Below, piece by piece: positions 9,743 through 19,334 of a stretch of 64,000 nucleotides of DNA (its first letter is position 1; every line of letters starts with the position of its first letter). Location of the stretch: positions 4,668-68,667 of the IMG/VR virus record IMGVR_UViG_3300013137_001826; one strand, given 5' to 3'. The notes beneath the pieces were generated by a model that was given only the letters and a program-made list of their open reading frames with translations, searched no databases and was not told the origin of the DNA. This stretch comes from a virus. Position numbers and translations under genes: made by a program.

Positions 9743-11314
9743 ATGAAATTTGAAGATCTAACCAACGACGACATCCAAACGGTCTCCGAGTTATACAGGA
9801 ACACGGATCTCACCTGGGATGAACGGATGAATAGATTGAGCAACTACCTTAACAAATCTGAACGCACAGTTGCCAAATGGTTATCCAGATTAGGATTGAC
9901 CGAAAGATCTATAATCGAATCACCGCAACTCATAAAAGCAAAGGAACGACAACTCGGAGAGAAGAATCGATTCCTCATTACTTGGGCTCAAAATGATACT
10001 CCAGTAAATGAAGCTTTCATTTCCAACATGGAAAAGTACGCGGAATACATCGATGCCGACATTCACGTGATAGCCGGCCGATACAGGAATCCAACATCAA
10101 TCTTCACGGACAAGAATTACGATACTTGGTCAGAACGCATTGAGAAGTACTTGGATGCTAACAGGCATAACGTCCACAAGCACATGTGGATCATGTCCGA
10201 CATCAAAATTCAACCGACTGCAACTGACCCGATGACGGGTCTTCGTGGTTTAACTGGAGTCAACTCATGCGTGTTCGGATCGCCGAAAGTTCAGTTCGAA
10301 ACGGTCCCGGTTCTCGAGGGAAACCTCCCAAAGATCATGATGACTACTGGTGCATGCACAGTAAGAAATTATACAGATTCGAAATCCGGTAAAAAGGGAG
10401 AGTTCCACCACACTCTAGGTTTCGTCATCATTGAAATCAAGGATGAATCCACTTTCTTCGTTAGGCAGATAACTGCAACGGACGATGGAAACTTCACGGA
10501 CCTCAACACCAAAGTTGAGTACGATTTCGAAAACGAAGAGAGTACGATACGTAAAGTCAATAAGCTTGCTGCCATAGTTTTCGGAGACGTTCACTTCGGC
10601 CAGCACGATCCTATCGTTCTCAATAAGACTCTGGAATTCATGGAGATCATGAAGCCTGAGCACGTCATTCTACACGACGTATTTGATGGCCTTTCAATAA
10701 ATCATCATGACATCAAAAATCCTTTCGTTCAATACGAACGCGAGATGAATGGGACCAACACGTTGAAGGACGAGGTCGAGTCGCTTCTCGAAGGTTTGGA
10801 AAATTTCGAAGGCTCGTTCAAGACAGTCATCGTTCGCGGAAACCATGACGATTTCCTTGACAGATGGTTGCAAACTTCCGATTGGAGAAAGAGCGGCACC
10901 TTGAAGAACTCGCTCGAGTACATGGAGTACGCTGCTCTGATACTAAGCGGAAAAGCAAAGAACGGAGTTATTCCATACCTCATCAAGCAGAGATTTCCAG
11001 ATTTCATAACTTTGGACCGTAACGACAGTTACGTCATTAAGGATTGGGAACTCGGTCAGCATGGAGATCTAGGAACTAACGGTACGTACGGTTCCATAAA
11101 TCAGTACAGGAACTTGAACACCAAAATCATTGTCGGTCATTATCATTCGCCTGGTAGGAAGGACGGCGCACTCGCCGTGGGGACTTCGACCAAACTAAGA
11201 GTGAATTATAACTTTGGTCCTAGCAATTGGCTACAGTCACACGTAATCGTCCATGAGGATGGTAAGGCTCAGCACATTAACTTCACGAACGGCGAATTCA
11301 CAACACTTCTTTAA
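9743..11314 (+). CDS. Calcineurin-like metallophosphoesterase with N-terminal HTH
   Basis: Motifs GDVH, HDVFD, GNHD, QHG, GHYH; N-terminal SNYLNKSERTVAKWL. Confidence 0.8.
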   Translation: MKFEDLTNDDIQTVSELYRNTDLTWDERMNRLSNYLNKSERTVAKWLSRLGLTERSIIESPQLIKAKERQLGEKNRFLITWAQNDTPVNEAFISNMEKYAEYIDADIHVIAGRYRNPTSIFTDKNYDTWSERIEKYLDANRHNVHKHMWIMSDIKIQPTATDPMTGLRGLTGVNSCVFGSPKVQFETVPVLEGNLPKIMMTTGACTVRNYTDSKSGKKGEFHHTLGFVIIEIKDESTFFVRQITATDDGNFTDLNTKVEYDFENEESTIRKVNKLAAIVFGDVHFGQHDPIVLNKTLEFMEIMKPEHVILHDVFDGLSINHHDIKNPFVQYEREMNGTNTLKDEVESLLEGLENFEGSFKTVIVRGNHDDFLDRWLQTSDWRKSGTLKNSLEYMEYAALILSGKAKNGVIPYLIKQRFPDFITLDRNDSYVIKDWELGQHGDLGTNGTYGSINQYRNLNTKIIVGHYHSPGRKDGALAVGTSTKLRVNYNFGPSNWLQSHVIVHEDGKAQHINFTNGEFTTLL

Positions 11315-11336
11315 TCTCTCTCGTACTATTTTACAT

Positions 11337-11364
11337 AAAAAAAGCTCCTCATGGAGCTTTTTTT
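11337..11364. terminator. Bidirectional rho-independent terminator
   Basis: AAAAAAAGCTCC-TCAT-GGAGCTTTTTTT between convergent genes. Confidence 0.85.
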
Positions 11365-11440
11365 ATGATTCCATCGCGATACCAGAAGTTCCGGAAGTTC
11401 CGCTAGAACCTGAGGTTCCCGGTTCCGTTTGTACTGGCAT
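11363..11440 (-). CDS. Putative 25-aa peptide with GTSG repeats
   Basis: MPVQTEPGTSGSSGTSGTSGIAMES; AGGACGGA upstream; fills the gap before the terminator. Confidence 0.4.
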   Translation of the reverse strand: MPVQTEPGTSGSSGTSGTSGIAMES

Positions 11441-11458
11441 TCCGTCCTGATGATATTC

Positions 11459-13366
11459 TTAAGTTTTTTCCTCGAGTATGAGATCGATCGATTCGTCGAC
11501 CTCTATTACTGGAACGCCAGGAGATTTGAATTGTGATAGATCAATCGATTCGTTTAGCTTCTCGTTCAAGTCTCTGTTCATGTTGAAAAATTCTGAGTGA
11601 ATTGCTGCTGGAGCCGCTGACTTGAATGACTGGTAATCGTTGTCCTTTACTGAGGTCATTATCGAATCCTTAACTCCCGCATTCGGAAGTTCCATCAATC
11701 TCAAATCCTTCTTTAGATTGAGGTTACGAGATCTTTTCTTTGCCAGTTCCAACTGAAGAGCAATGTCGCGAATCCTACTTTTGTTTGCAGCAATGATGTT
11801 AGGTTCGTAATCTGGGCGAATTTCCTTCAGTAAGTTTTCGACCTCTCCGTCCGGTACAACTACTGGTCCGATCATGAAGCTTGGGTAGATATTGACCAAT
11901 TTGTGAAGAGCATTCACGACAGTTTCCTTTTTGAAAGGTTTGGTCTTATTCGTTGCTCCGCTGTGAACGCAGACCAACAGGCAAGGAAGACCGTTCTCGT
12001 TGAACAGGCCCTGTGCCGATTTTATGTGACCTGGGTGAATTGGTTGAAAGTCAGAGATGATCAAGTTTACCGGTTTAGTCTTCCTATCCTCAATTCCTTT
12101 GAAGCTCTCAAAATAACCAGGTTCCTTATCTTCACCAATGAACTCGCTGAACGTTGGGAAGTAATTTTCGTAAATTGCATCTCCCATGATTACTTTGCTA
12201 ATTTTGTCTACCTGATCGTTCAGGTTGTCCTTCATTTCCTTGGTGAAGAACGTCGAACTTACTCGAATTTTTTTCTTCCTAAACATGTTCAGGAAGACAC
12301 GATAGATTTCCTTGAAGTTCGGATTCGACTCGATTATTTGAGTCACTCTAGCGTCATTGACCAATCCGAAGTTAACGTTGAAATCTGCACGCTGTAAGAA
12401 GTCCGGAATTTGAATGTCAAGGTCCCTGTACTTCTCTCCGAATTCCTTTATGAATGCCAAGTAAATGTGATTGACTAGGGAAATGTACTTCTCTTCGTAA
12501 GTTTCTCTAGCCAATTGTATGTTGCGTAGTTCGCTCAATGAGTACTGTTCTATGAAGTTCATCAGGTCGATGACGATGATCCAAATGTAGTCATCGCTCT
12601 TCTTTTGATTCTTGTCCGCCGCTCTGGCCTTTGCATTCGCTTGAAATGCTGGGTCGACCAATTTTGCTAGGAACACAGGTTCCTCAGTTTTCTTTCCGTC
12701 CTCGTAAAACCTGAATACAACTCCCTCTATGTCTTTATCGAGTGAATCACGTAGGAACGTTGCTTTCATTTTTGGATTGAGAACCGACATGATGTACTTG
12801 GTGAAAGAAATGGTCTTGAACTTTTCTACGAGCTCGTCGAACGGAGTGTAAACGAACTCCTGAATCTTGTTCTTCTGTTCGTCAGTCAGCTTTCCCTGGA
12901 AAATGATAGGTGGTCTTTCTATTCCTAGAAGGTCGGCCCATTTGTTGAGTTCTTCCTTGCTCTGAATGGTTTCAGAAATGCTACCGTTCTGATCGAGAAT
13001 GTGAATGTAACTGAGAATCAATTTGTTTTTTGGAAGACGGTCGTATGCGATGACCTGCGCTTTCTTATTCGCGAAGTACTCCATTCCGAACATGTACGGA
13101 ACTGGGATCTTTTCTATCGTTTCAGGAGATAGGCTTTCGAAGTACTGTACGGCAGGTTCGAAGTACCTGCTCAGAACTCTGTCGATGTACGAGAGCTCGC
13201 CGTTCCTTTTGAAGTACTGGAATTTGGACGAATTTGGATCGCGCTTCACGCCAAAGAAGGCTCCGTCCATCTTCTCGTTGATGATGATGGATTTATTAAG
13301 GAGATTCTCTATGAATGCCTTACCTTGTTTGTCTAAAACGTCCTTTAAGTGTGATAGCCCTGGCAT
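11459..13366 (-). CDS. RNA-ligase-type nucleotidyltransferase fused to an HxGH nucleotidyltransferase domain
   Basis: Ligase motifs I EKMDG, III GMEY, IV EGVVF, V LAKLV; C-terminal FQPIHPGH. Confidence 0.7.
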   Translation of the reverse strand: MPGLSHLKDVLDKQGKAFIENLLNKSIIINEKMDGAFFGVKRDPNSSKFQYFKRNGELSYIDRVLSRYFEPAVQYFESLSPETIEKIPVPYMFGMEYFANKKAQVIAYDRLPKNKLILSYIHILDQNGSISETIQSKEELNKWADLLGIERPPIIFQGKLTDEQKNKIQEFVYTPFDELVEKFKTISFTKYIMSVLNPKMKATFLRDSLDKDIEGVVFRFYEDGKKTEEPVFLAKLVDPAFQANAKARAADKNQKKSDDYIWIIVIDLMNFIEQYSLSELRNIQLARETYEEKYISLVNHIYLAFIKEFGEKYRDLDIQIPDFLQRADFNVNFGLVNDARVTQIIESNPNFKEIYRVFLNMFRKKKIRVSSTFFTKEMKDNLNDQVDKISKVIMGDAIYENYFPTFSEFIGEDKEPGYFESFKGIEDRKTKPVNLIISDFQPIHPGHIKSAQGLFNENGLPCLLVCVHSGATNKTKPFKKETVVNALHKLVNIYPSFMIGPVVVPDGEVENLLKEIRPDYEPNIIAANKSRIRDIALQLELAKKRSRNLNLKKDLRLMELPNAGVKDSIMTSVKDNDYQSFKSAAPAAIHSEFFNMNRDLNEKLNESIDLSQFKSPGVPVIEVDESIDLILEEKT

Positions 13367-13378
13367 AATCTTTACTTT

Positions 13379-13933
13379 TTAGTCTAACGGCCCGAAGTCT
13401 CCACGACTCATTGCTTGACCGAATTCCCTTTTTCCATGCGAGTCCAGATCAATGCTAATGTGAGTGATCAAGTCAGCAACTTCCGAATTTCCTTCTAGGT
13501 ACGAAATCAATTCGTTAGGAATGATGTTCTGAGACGTGGTTTTTCCACCTTTTGCTGTCAATCTCTTTTCGATTTCGTTGTACCTCAAACCTCTTCCGCT
13601 AGCCTGCCAAATATAGAACGAGACTTCTTTCTGATTCTCGTCCTTGTAATAGTTCTTGTAGAATTCTTCAATCTTCAGGAGTTCGTCCGAGATAAGTTCG
13701 AAAGCTGCGTCAGGCCCGATTTCTTTTATGATTCCGGGTCTGTTAGAAATGATGGTTGCTACGTGAGAAGCATGCCCGTGAATGTCAGCTGGGTAGTGAA
13801 TCGTTTCCAATTTCGGACACAATCCGATTATAGTTTGCAGTTCGGATAAAAATTCCGCTGCAGGTATTCCTTTGAATGGGGTCTCTAACGATTCATTTAC
13901 CTCGAAAAAATTCTTTACGAATTTCTTAAGCAT
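13379..13933 (-). CDS. Hypothetical protein (possible internal head protein)
   Basis: 184 aa; MLKKFVKNFFEVNES; ATAAATAA upstream. Confidence 0.6.
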   Translation of the reverse strand: MLKKFVKNFFEVNESLETPFKGIPAAEFLSELQTIIGLCPKLETIHYPADIHGHASHVATIISNRPGIIKEIGPDAAFELISDELLKIEEFYKNYYKDENQKEVSFYIWQASGRGLRYNEIEKRLTAKGGKTTSQNIIPNELISYLEGNSEVADLITHISIDLDSHGKREFGQAMSRGDFGPLD

Positions 13934-13952
13934 TTACCTTTGATAATTTTTG

Positions 13953-14612
13953 TTATTTATTAGGTGGAATACCTAAAAGCCTATAACATTCTGCCGTAAA
14001 TGCCACGTCTGAATCATCGTTGAACCTCTGAGTGGTCTCGTTGAAAGTGTTGGTAATGAAACTTAGTTCGTTATTCCATGGTCGATAGTCCAAGCTAGGA
14101 AGACCAAATTCGAGAAAATGGCCGAATTGGTGAAGCTCTTCTTCGGTTGAGTGAGCTCCGTCGAATATGTCCTTTCCTCTATTATCATTAGTTTGCCGAT
14201 TGACCTTGATGAAAATGGTCTTGCAATTACGATAGAGATCCGAATTCAAAAGAGCTTCGTATTCTTTTCTTGCTCTTTCTGGGGTTAACCTGTGTCGAAG
14301 GACTGCCCATGTGTACGCTGAAAGTATCGCTCTATCGAAAATCCAAGTATGGCCGGCATAGTCCGGTCGTAAATTCATCTCCATGATTGACATGATGTTG
14401 CCGAGACTGAAATAATGCAAAGCCGGAGTTGCATCGAGATCTTGCAAACCCAACGTTTTGATGTGATTGGCAAAGTAGAACTTGTAGTACTCGACCCCAT
14501 AGAATATCGGGTCCAGCGGATATTGTTCCCGTTGGGATTTGAGACTCTTTAGAAAATTCTCAATGAGGTAAGTTTTGCCGCATGAGCGCGGACCTTCTAC
14601 GAATAGTATCAT
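13953..14612 (-). CDS. P-loop nucleotide/polynucleotide kinase (thymidylate kinase-like)
   Basis: Walker A EGPRSCGKT; FDRAILS. Confidence 0.75.
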   Translation of the reverse strand: MILFVEGPRSCGKTYLIENFLKSLKSQREQYPLDPIFYGVEYYKFYFANHIKTLGLQDLDATPALHYFSLGNIMSIMEMNLRPDYAGHTWIFDRAILSAYTWAVLRHRLTPERARKEYEALLNSDLYRNCKTIFIKVNRQTNDNRGKDIFDGAHSTEEELHQFGHFLEFGLPSLDYRPWNNELSFITNTFNETTQRFNDDSDVAFTAECYRLLGIPPNK

Positions 14613-15139
14613 GTCAATCGGATTCTTTCCGGTTTACCGAGGTACCGTATGATTTCGATGGCGGACAATGGCAGTTCGAAGATTTTTGTCTTGTCCACGA
14701 AGAATATAGAAACTTGCAACTTGGACCCGCTGAGAACTGCTGCGTACTTGGTAAGTTCGGATATTGAGTCCTCGTATATGGTTACGCTCTTAACTGTCGG
14801 ATTCTCGGCTAAAAGTTTTGATAGAACGTCTGCTTTGTTACCATCACGTTCGCAGAAGAAAACTTCCGTGAATTGACAACCTTGTTCGGAAAGCAATCTC
14901 ATCACCTGTTCCTTGTTAGCGATCTTTCGATTGGTGATGAGGTAGTTTGGATTTTCAGTTTCTCTGGTCTTTTCGATGACGTTCTCTATTGCAGGAATGT
15001 GAAAATCAGGAGATAAGGACCTTTCTGAATCGTACCATTCGTACATAGTCTTGCCCTTCGGTTCCAATGAAGCGAAGTTCTGCGTTCTGAACATGGTATC
15101 GTCGAAATCGAATACGTTAATGTGTTTCAGGTTGCTCAT
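14609..15139 (-). CDS. HAD-superfamily phosphatase (RNA-repair type)
   Basis: VFDFDDTMF, LITNR, K, IYEDS motifs. Confidence 0.75.
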   Translation of the reverse strand: MSNLKHINVFDFDDTMFRTQNFASLEPKGKTMYEWYDSERSLSPDFHIPAIENVIEKTRETENPNYLITNRKIANKEQVMRLLSEQGCQFTEVFFCERDGNKADVLSKLLAENPTVKSVTIYEDSISELTKYAAVLSGSKLQVSIFFVDKTKIFELPLSAIEIIRYLGKPERIRLT

Positions 15140-15488
15140 TTTCGAGTAGGTATGTTGTTTCTGGAGTCACTACTGAGACTCTCTCTTGAAATAATTGAAC
15201 TCTCAGCAATTCTGCAAGCTGCAATGCTTTTTTCAGTATTTGATCCTCAGTTCTCGGGAACCGCTGGTAGTTAATATACCCAACAATCACCCCAGGTTCC
15301 CAGCCCTTTACGTACCTAAACTCAGTTGGAGTGATTGTAACGCAATCTCCTAAGCCTCTTTCGTCAAGGGTATTCACGAACTTGTCGCAGATTTCTCTGA
15401 CCTTCTCTATCGTGTGAATGTGATCACCGTATTCGGATCGAAGTCCGACCCAAATCTGAACATTGAATGATTTGACAGTTCTCATCAT
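15117..15488 (-). CDS. Hypothetical protein
   Basis: 123 aa ORF overlapping the next gene. Confidence 0.65.
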   Translation of the reverse strand: MMRTVKSFNVQIWVGLRSEYGDHIHTIEKVREICDKFVNTLDERGLGDCVTITPTEFRYVKGWEPGVIVGYINYQRFPRTEDQILKKALQLAELLRVQLFQERVSVVTPETTYLLENEQPETH

Positions 15489-15550
15489 TATAGTTTACTT
15501 CTTCTACTGATAAATAACTCAGTAGTTTAACAATACTTCACAAATTTCGC

Positions 15551-16021
15551 ATGGACAGATCGTTAAGACGCTCACGAGAGTACGATGGTAATAGGTATCA
15601 CCTGATCAGGGACTGCGTTCAACAGCAAAAGCCTTTCGCCATATACAATTTTACGTCAATGAAGCAGTACAACGAGTTCCTGAATGACTTGGACACGTTC
15701 GAGAAGCTGAATTACGTGATCCAAACAATCACGTCGTTGTCCAAGATCGAACAACGAGTGCGCATGGTGTACCCAAGCATCTTCGTTACCAACGAGGGAA
15801 CGTCCGTGTCCATTGATGAGTTCAAGGAAATCATTCGTGGATCGCTTGCTCACTACAATTTGGACTCTATCGTGTGCTTGTACGACGGAGCCGTCTCAGT
15901 TTTCTATCGTAACGGTGACCATCACTCAATTGGTAACACCATCTACGGCAGTAACCAGATCAACGAATTCCAGAGCGATTTCTATCAAATAGAAAGCATT
16001 TATTACACCTTCCTGACGTAA
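15551..16021 (+). CDS. Hypothetical protein
   Basis: 156 aa; GATAAATAA at 15509. Confidence 0.6.
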   Translation: MDRSLRRSREYDGNRYHLIRDCVQQQKPFAIYNFTSMKQYNEFLNDLDTFEKLNYVIQTITSLSKIEQRVRMVYPSIFVTNEGTSVSIDEFKEIIRGSLAHYNLDSIVCLYDGAVSVFYRNGDHHSIGNTIYGSNQINEFQSDFYQIESIYYTFLT

Positions 16022-16053
16022 AACTTCCACACAATTTTAGGTAAAATACTAAG

Positions 16054-16494
16054 ATGGAAGATGAAAAACCTAAACGAACGTTAGCCGAGGTCTTTCGTGA
16101 CAAACGAGAAACTTTTTCGGGAGAAATACAGAGCGGAATCAGGCTCTTGAGCAACATCAGGAACATACCTGATGTCCAGGTCACCTTTTTGAGCATGAGA
16201 CAGCGCCTTCTTGAGGAAAATCACACTCTTTTGGAGCATTTTACTCAAATGAAGAAGAAGTATCGTGAAAAGAAGGGTGAAGAATGGGCCGACGCATCGA
16301 AAATAGGTCAGATTCGTTACCAGTCGACCGAAAAGGCGACAATAGTCGATGGAAAGACCGCAGAGTTACGAGAAAAGCTCGAACAGCTCGAAAATCAGAT
16401 CAAATTTTACTCAGAATCGATCGTAACGGTCGATTCAGTTCTCTGGGGCATTAAAGACCGTATTGCCGCTCAGAAAATTCTCGACGGCAACTAA
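16054..16494 (+). CDS. uvsY: Recombination mediator UvsY-like
   Basis: 146 aa helical protein directly upstream of uvsW, as in T4-like phages. Confidence 0.55.
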   Translation: MEDEKPKRTLAEVFRDKRETFSGEIQSGIRLLSNIRNIPDVQVTFLSMRQRLLEENHTLLEHFTQMKKKYREKKGEEWADASKIGQIRYQSTEKATIVDGKTAELREKLEQLENQIKFYSESIVTVDSVLWGIKDRIAAQKILDGN

Positions 16495-16509
16495 AAACAT
16501 CGAACGCGC

Positions 16510-17973
16510 TTGCTAGTATTTGACGTAACTGCAGATAAGCAGTACCTTCAGTTAGTACACCATGACACCAAGGGTGAATTAAAGGATCTGCAGCTCTACT
16601 TCAAGAAGAGGCAACAGGGATACTTTCACAACATTCTTTACAAGAGAAAACTTTGGGACGGGTACGATAAATTCATCGATGACCACCATCGAATCGGTAT
16701 CGGTCTGTGGCGAGAGGTGTACTACTTCGGCGAAAAGTACGATTACGAGATAGAAATCCGTGGATTGGACAGTCTTTTGAACCTGGAGTTCACAAAGGAC
16801 AAGTCAGACAAGTTCGCGTCAGTAATGTTGGACGGAACTAACCCCCAAATCGAAGCCTACGATTATCAATTGGAAGCTCTTCACCGTGGATTGAAGTACA
16901 AGTTCTGTGCACAGGAATTAGCGACCTCAGCAGGTAAGACCCTGATCTTCTTTTTATACTTATCGTTCCTGAAAAGAAAGGGAATCATTTCAAAGGACAA
17001 GAAAGCAATTCTCATAGTTCCGAAAGTATCCCTGGTCAATCAGACAGCTGATGCATTCGAAACGGAATATCAGACGGGGTTGGTCACCTGGAACATTCAC
17101 CGTATAGGAGGGAAGAACGAATTCTCCGAGAAGAAATTTGCTAATTGCGATCTGGTCATCACCACCTATCAGAGCGTCATTCTCGACGACGGTACTCCAG
17201 CCAAGCGTGGAAAAAAGAAAATAGAACGTAAGACCAAGCCGGAGTTCTTCAAGAACTTCAGCGTCGTTTGTGTAGACGAATGTCACACGAGTCGAGGAGA
17301 TTCGATTCGCAACATCCTGTTGGCCAGCATCAATGCTGAGTACAAGTTGGGACTCTCCGGAACCATACAAATAGAGGAACAGTTCTCGGACTTCTTCAAG
17401 ATTCAGGAGTTCTTGGGTCCGCTTAGCATGAAGGTCAGAGCGAAGTTCTTGATGGACAACGATTACTCTGCTGACGTTCATGTCAAAATGCTAAAGCTCA
17501 AGTACCCAAAGGACGAAACGTTCGTTCAGAAGTATGCCGAGCTGAAACAGATGGAAGTTCATCCTCCTGGGAAAGTGATGTACGATATGGAAAAGGAATT
17601 CATTATCTCGTACGAACCTCGAATCAATTTCATTGCGAAGCTCTGTGAGAATTTGCAGGGGAATAAGTTAGTCCTATTCATAAACGTTAAGGACAAGTAC
17701 GGGCAGCGAATTCAGGATAAGATTCACGAAACTAACGAGAACGTTTACTACATAGATGGAGGCGTGAACGATGACGATAGGAGCGACTATCGAGAAATTT
17801 TGGAAAATTCAAATAAATTTTTAGTAATTGAATTAGCTGATAGATTCATTAAAATTAACCAATATCAATTTGTACAGCTAAATGATGGTTCTAGAAAATA
17901 CGCAAAGGATTTAACAGAAATTGATGAAATCTCAGATGCATGGGTAACTTTACAAAAGTGTCAATATAAATAA
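16510..17973 (+). CDS. uvsW: UvsW SF2 helicase, N-terminal fragment with intein-lobe-like tail
   Basis: YDYQ, ATSAGKT, DECH, GLSGT, YYIDGG; lacks motifs V-VI; AT-rich 55-aa tail after REILEN. Confidence 0.85.
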   Translation: MLVFDVTADKQYLQLVHHDTKGELKDLQLYFKKRQQGYFHNILYKRKLWDGYDKFIDDHHRIGIGLWREVYYFGEKYDYEIEIRGLDSLLNLEFTKDKSDKFASVMLDGTNPQIEAYDYQLEALHRGLKYKFCAQELATSAGKTLIFFLYLSFLKRKGIISKDKKAILIVPKVSLVNQTADAFETEYQTGLVTWNIHRIGGKNEFSEKKFANCDLVITTYQSVILDDGTPAKRGKKKIERKTKPEFFKNFSVVCVDECHTSRGDSIRNILLASINAEYKLGLSGTIQIEEQFSDFFKIQEFLGPLSMKVRAKFLMDNDYSADVHVKMLKLKYPKDETFVQKYAELKQMEVHPPGKVMYDMEKEFIISYEPRINFIAKLCENLQGNKLVLFINVKDKYGQRIQDKIHETNENVYYIDGGVNDDDRSDYREILENSNKFLVIELADRFIKINQYQFVQLNDGSRKYAKDLTEIDEISDAWVTLQKCQYK

Positions 17974-17998
17974 GTAAAAGTTCACATTTTGTACAGGT

Positions 17999-18976
17999 AT
18001 GAAATTCAAAAATATAAATTACTTCTATTCACAGTTCATTAATGAATTGGGAATGCCTGACGATGACCTCAAATTATTTGAATATTTGACTTTTTTATTA
18101 CGGTATTCCGAAGTGCACGATAGTACGCAAACAGTTGAATATACTGAAAATCATCATATTCTTCCTAGATCGCCATTTAATCAGCACATCAATGCAAATT
18201 GGAACATCGTCAATCTTGTTTATTTAGATCATATTTTTGTTCATGAATTGTTAGCACAAGCGTATAATACCAGACAATTTTTGCGAACATTAAATTTTAT
18301 GAAGAGTGATATTTCTAAGAATCATAAAATTTTATCGATTGCAGCAAAGAAAGGATGGATGAAGTTAAAGAGCAATATTGAAATTTATGAAAAATGGAAG
18401 TTAGCTAGACACGAATTTTTAAAAAATATTTCACTGACAGAAAGAAGTCGTAGATCAAATAAAGCATGGGCTAAAATAAAAGCAGACCCTTTAAAGTATG
18501 CGGCACGATGCAAACAAAATAGTGAGAACTGGAGCAATGATTTACGTATATTAAAAAGTAAACAAATGAAAGAATATTTTACAAATAATCCAAAGGAAAG
18601 TTCAAATAGAGGTTTGAAACGATGGGCATCGGCTGATACAGAATATCGTAAAGCATTCGGCGAGAAAATAAAGAAATCGTTATCAACTATAATAGTAAAA
18701 GATAAAATAAGTACAAAATTAAAAGCTAAGTGGAATGAACCTTTATTTAGAGATAAAATGAAAAACCGTAAAATTCGGCAATTCAAGTATCTTCTTATTT
18801 CGCCACTTGGCGAAGTTTTTAGACGAGTTGGCGTCCAATCTATACTTGATGAATTTAATTTTTCAGCAAGTTTATTTAGAAAATTTACGAATTCTAATAA
18901 GCGAGTTAAATCAAAGTATCTTAAATGTGAGAAAGTTCGAAATACAATAGGTTGGACAATTAATAAAATAAGCTGA
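17999..18976 (+). mobile_element. Free-standing HNH homing endonuclease inserted in uvsW
   Basis: YTENHHILPRS...NIVNL...DHIFVHELL; AT-rich; TATAAATA at 17965. Confidence 0.8.
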
Positions 18977-18986
18977 TTAATTTAAT

Positions 18987-19332
18987 ATGGCAAAAATAGT
19001 ATCATTAAAAAATATAGAGGAGAATACGAAGGAGGCAACTGGCGTTGTGCTAGTTGCCTCCTATTGAGGTCGGAACGTTTTCTACTGGAATAAACTTGAA
19101 GAATGTCAACTACATCATATTCGCCGAAAGCTACAAATCTGAAATCACCGTTCGACAGTCAATCGGCCGTGGAATGCGTAAGCTGAAGGGAAAGTACAAG
19201 ATCACCATTTTGGATCTCGTTGACGATCTTGATGGGTACATCGTGAAGCACGGAAAAGTTAGGGAAAAAATCTACAAGGAACAGGAATTTGTGACTTCAA
19301 AACACGAGTACGATCTGACTCCGTTTAGGTAA
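18987..19332 (+). CDS. uvsW: UvsW C-terminal fragment, interrupted by TGA at 19065-19067 and a frame change
   Basis: MAKIVSLKNIEENTKEATGVVLVASY-stop, then +1 frame GTFSTGINLKN...QSIGRGMR (motifs V, VI). Confidence 0.8.
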
Positions 19333-19334
19333 AG

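Noticed and set aside
17800-19071. Group I intron or functional split intein in uvsW
   Set aside because: No space or recognisable core for a ribozyme; splicing it out would delete VVLVASY; intein block A and terminal His-Asn are missing
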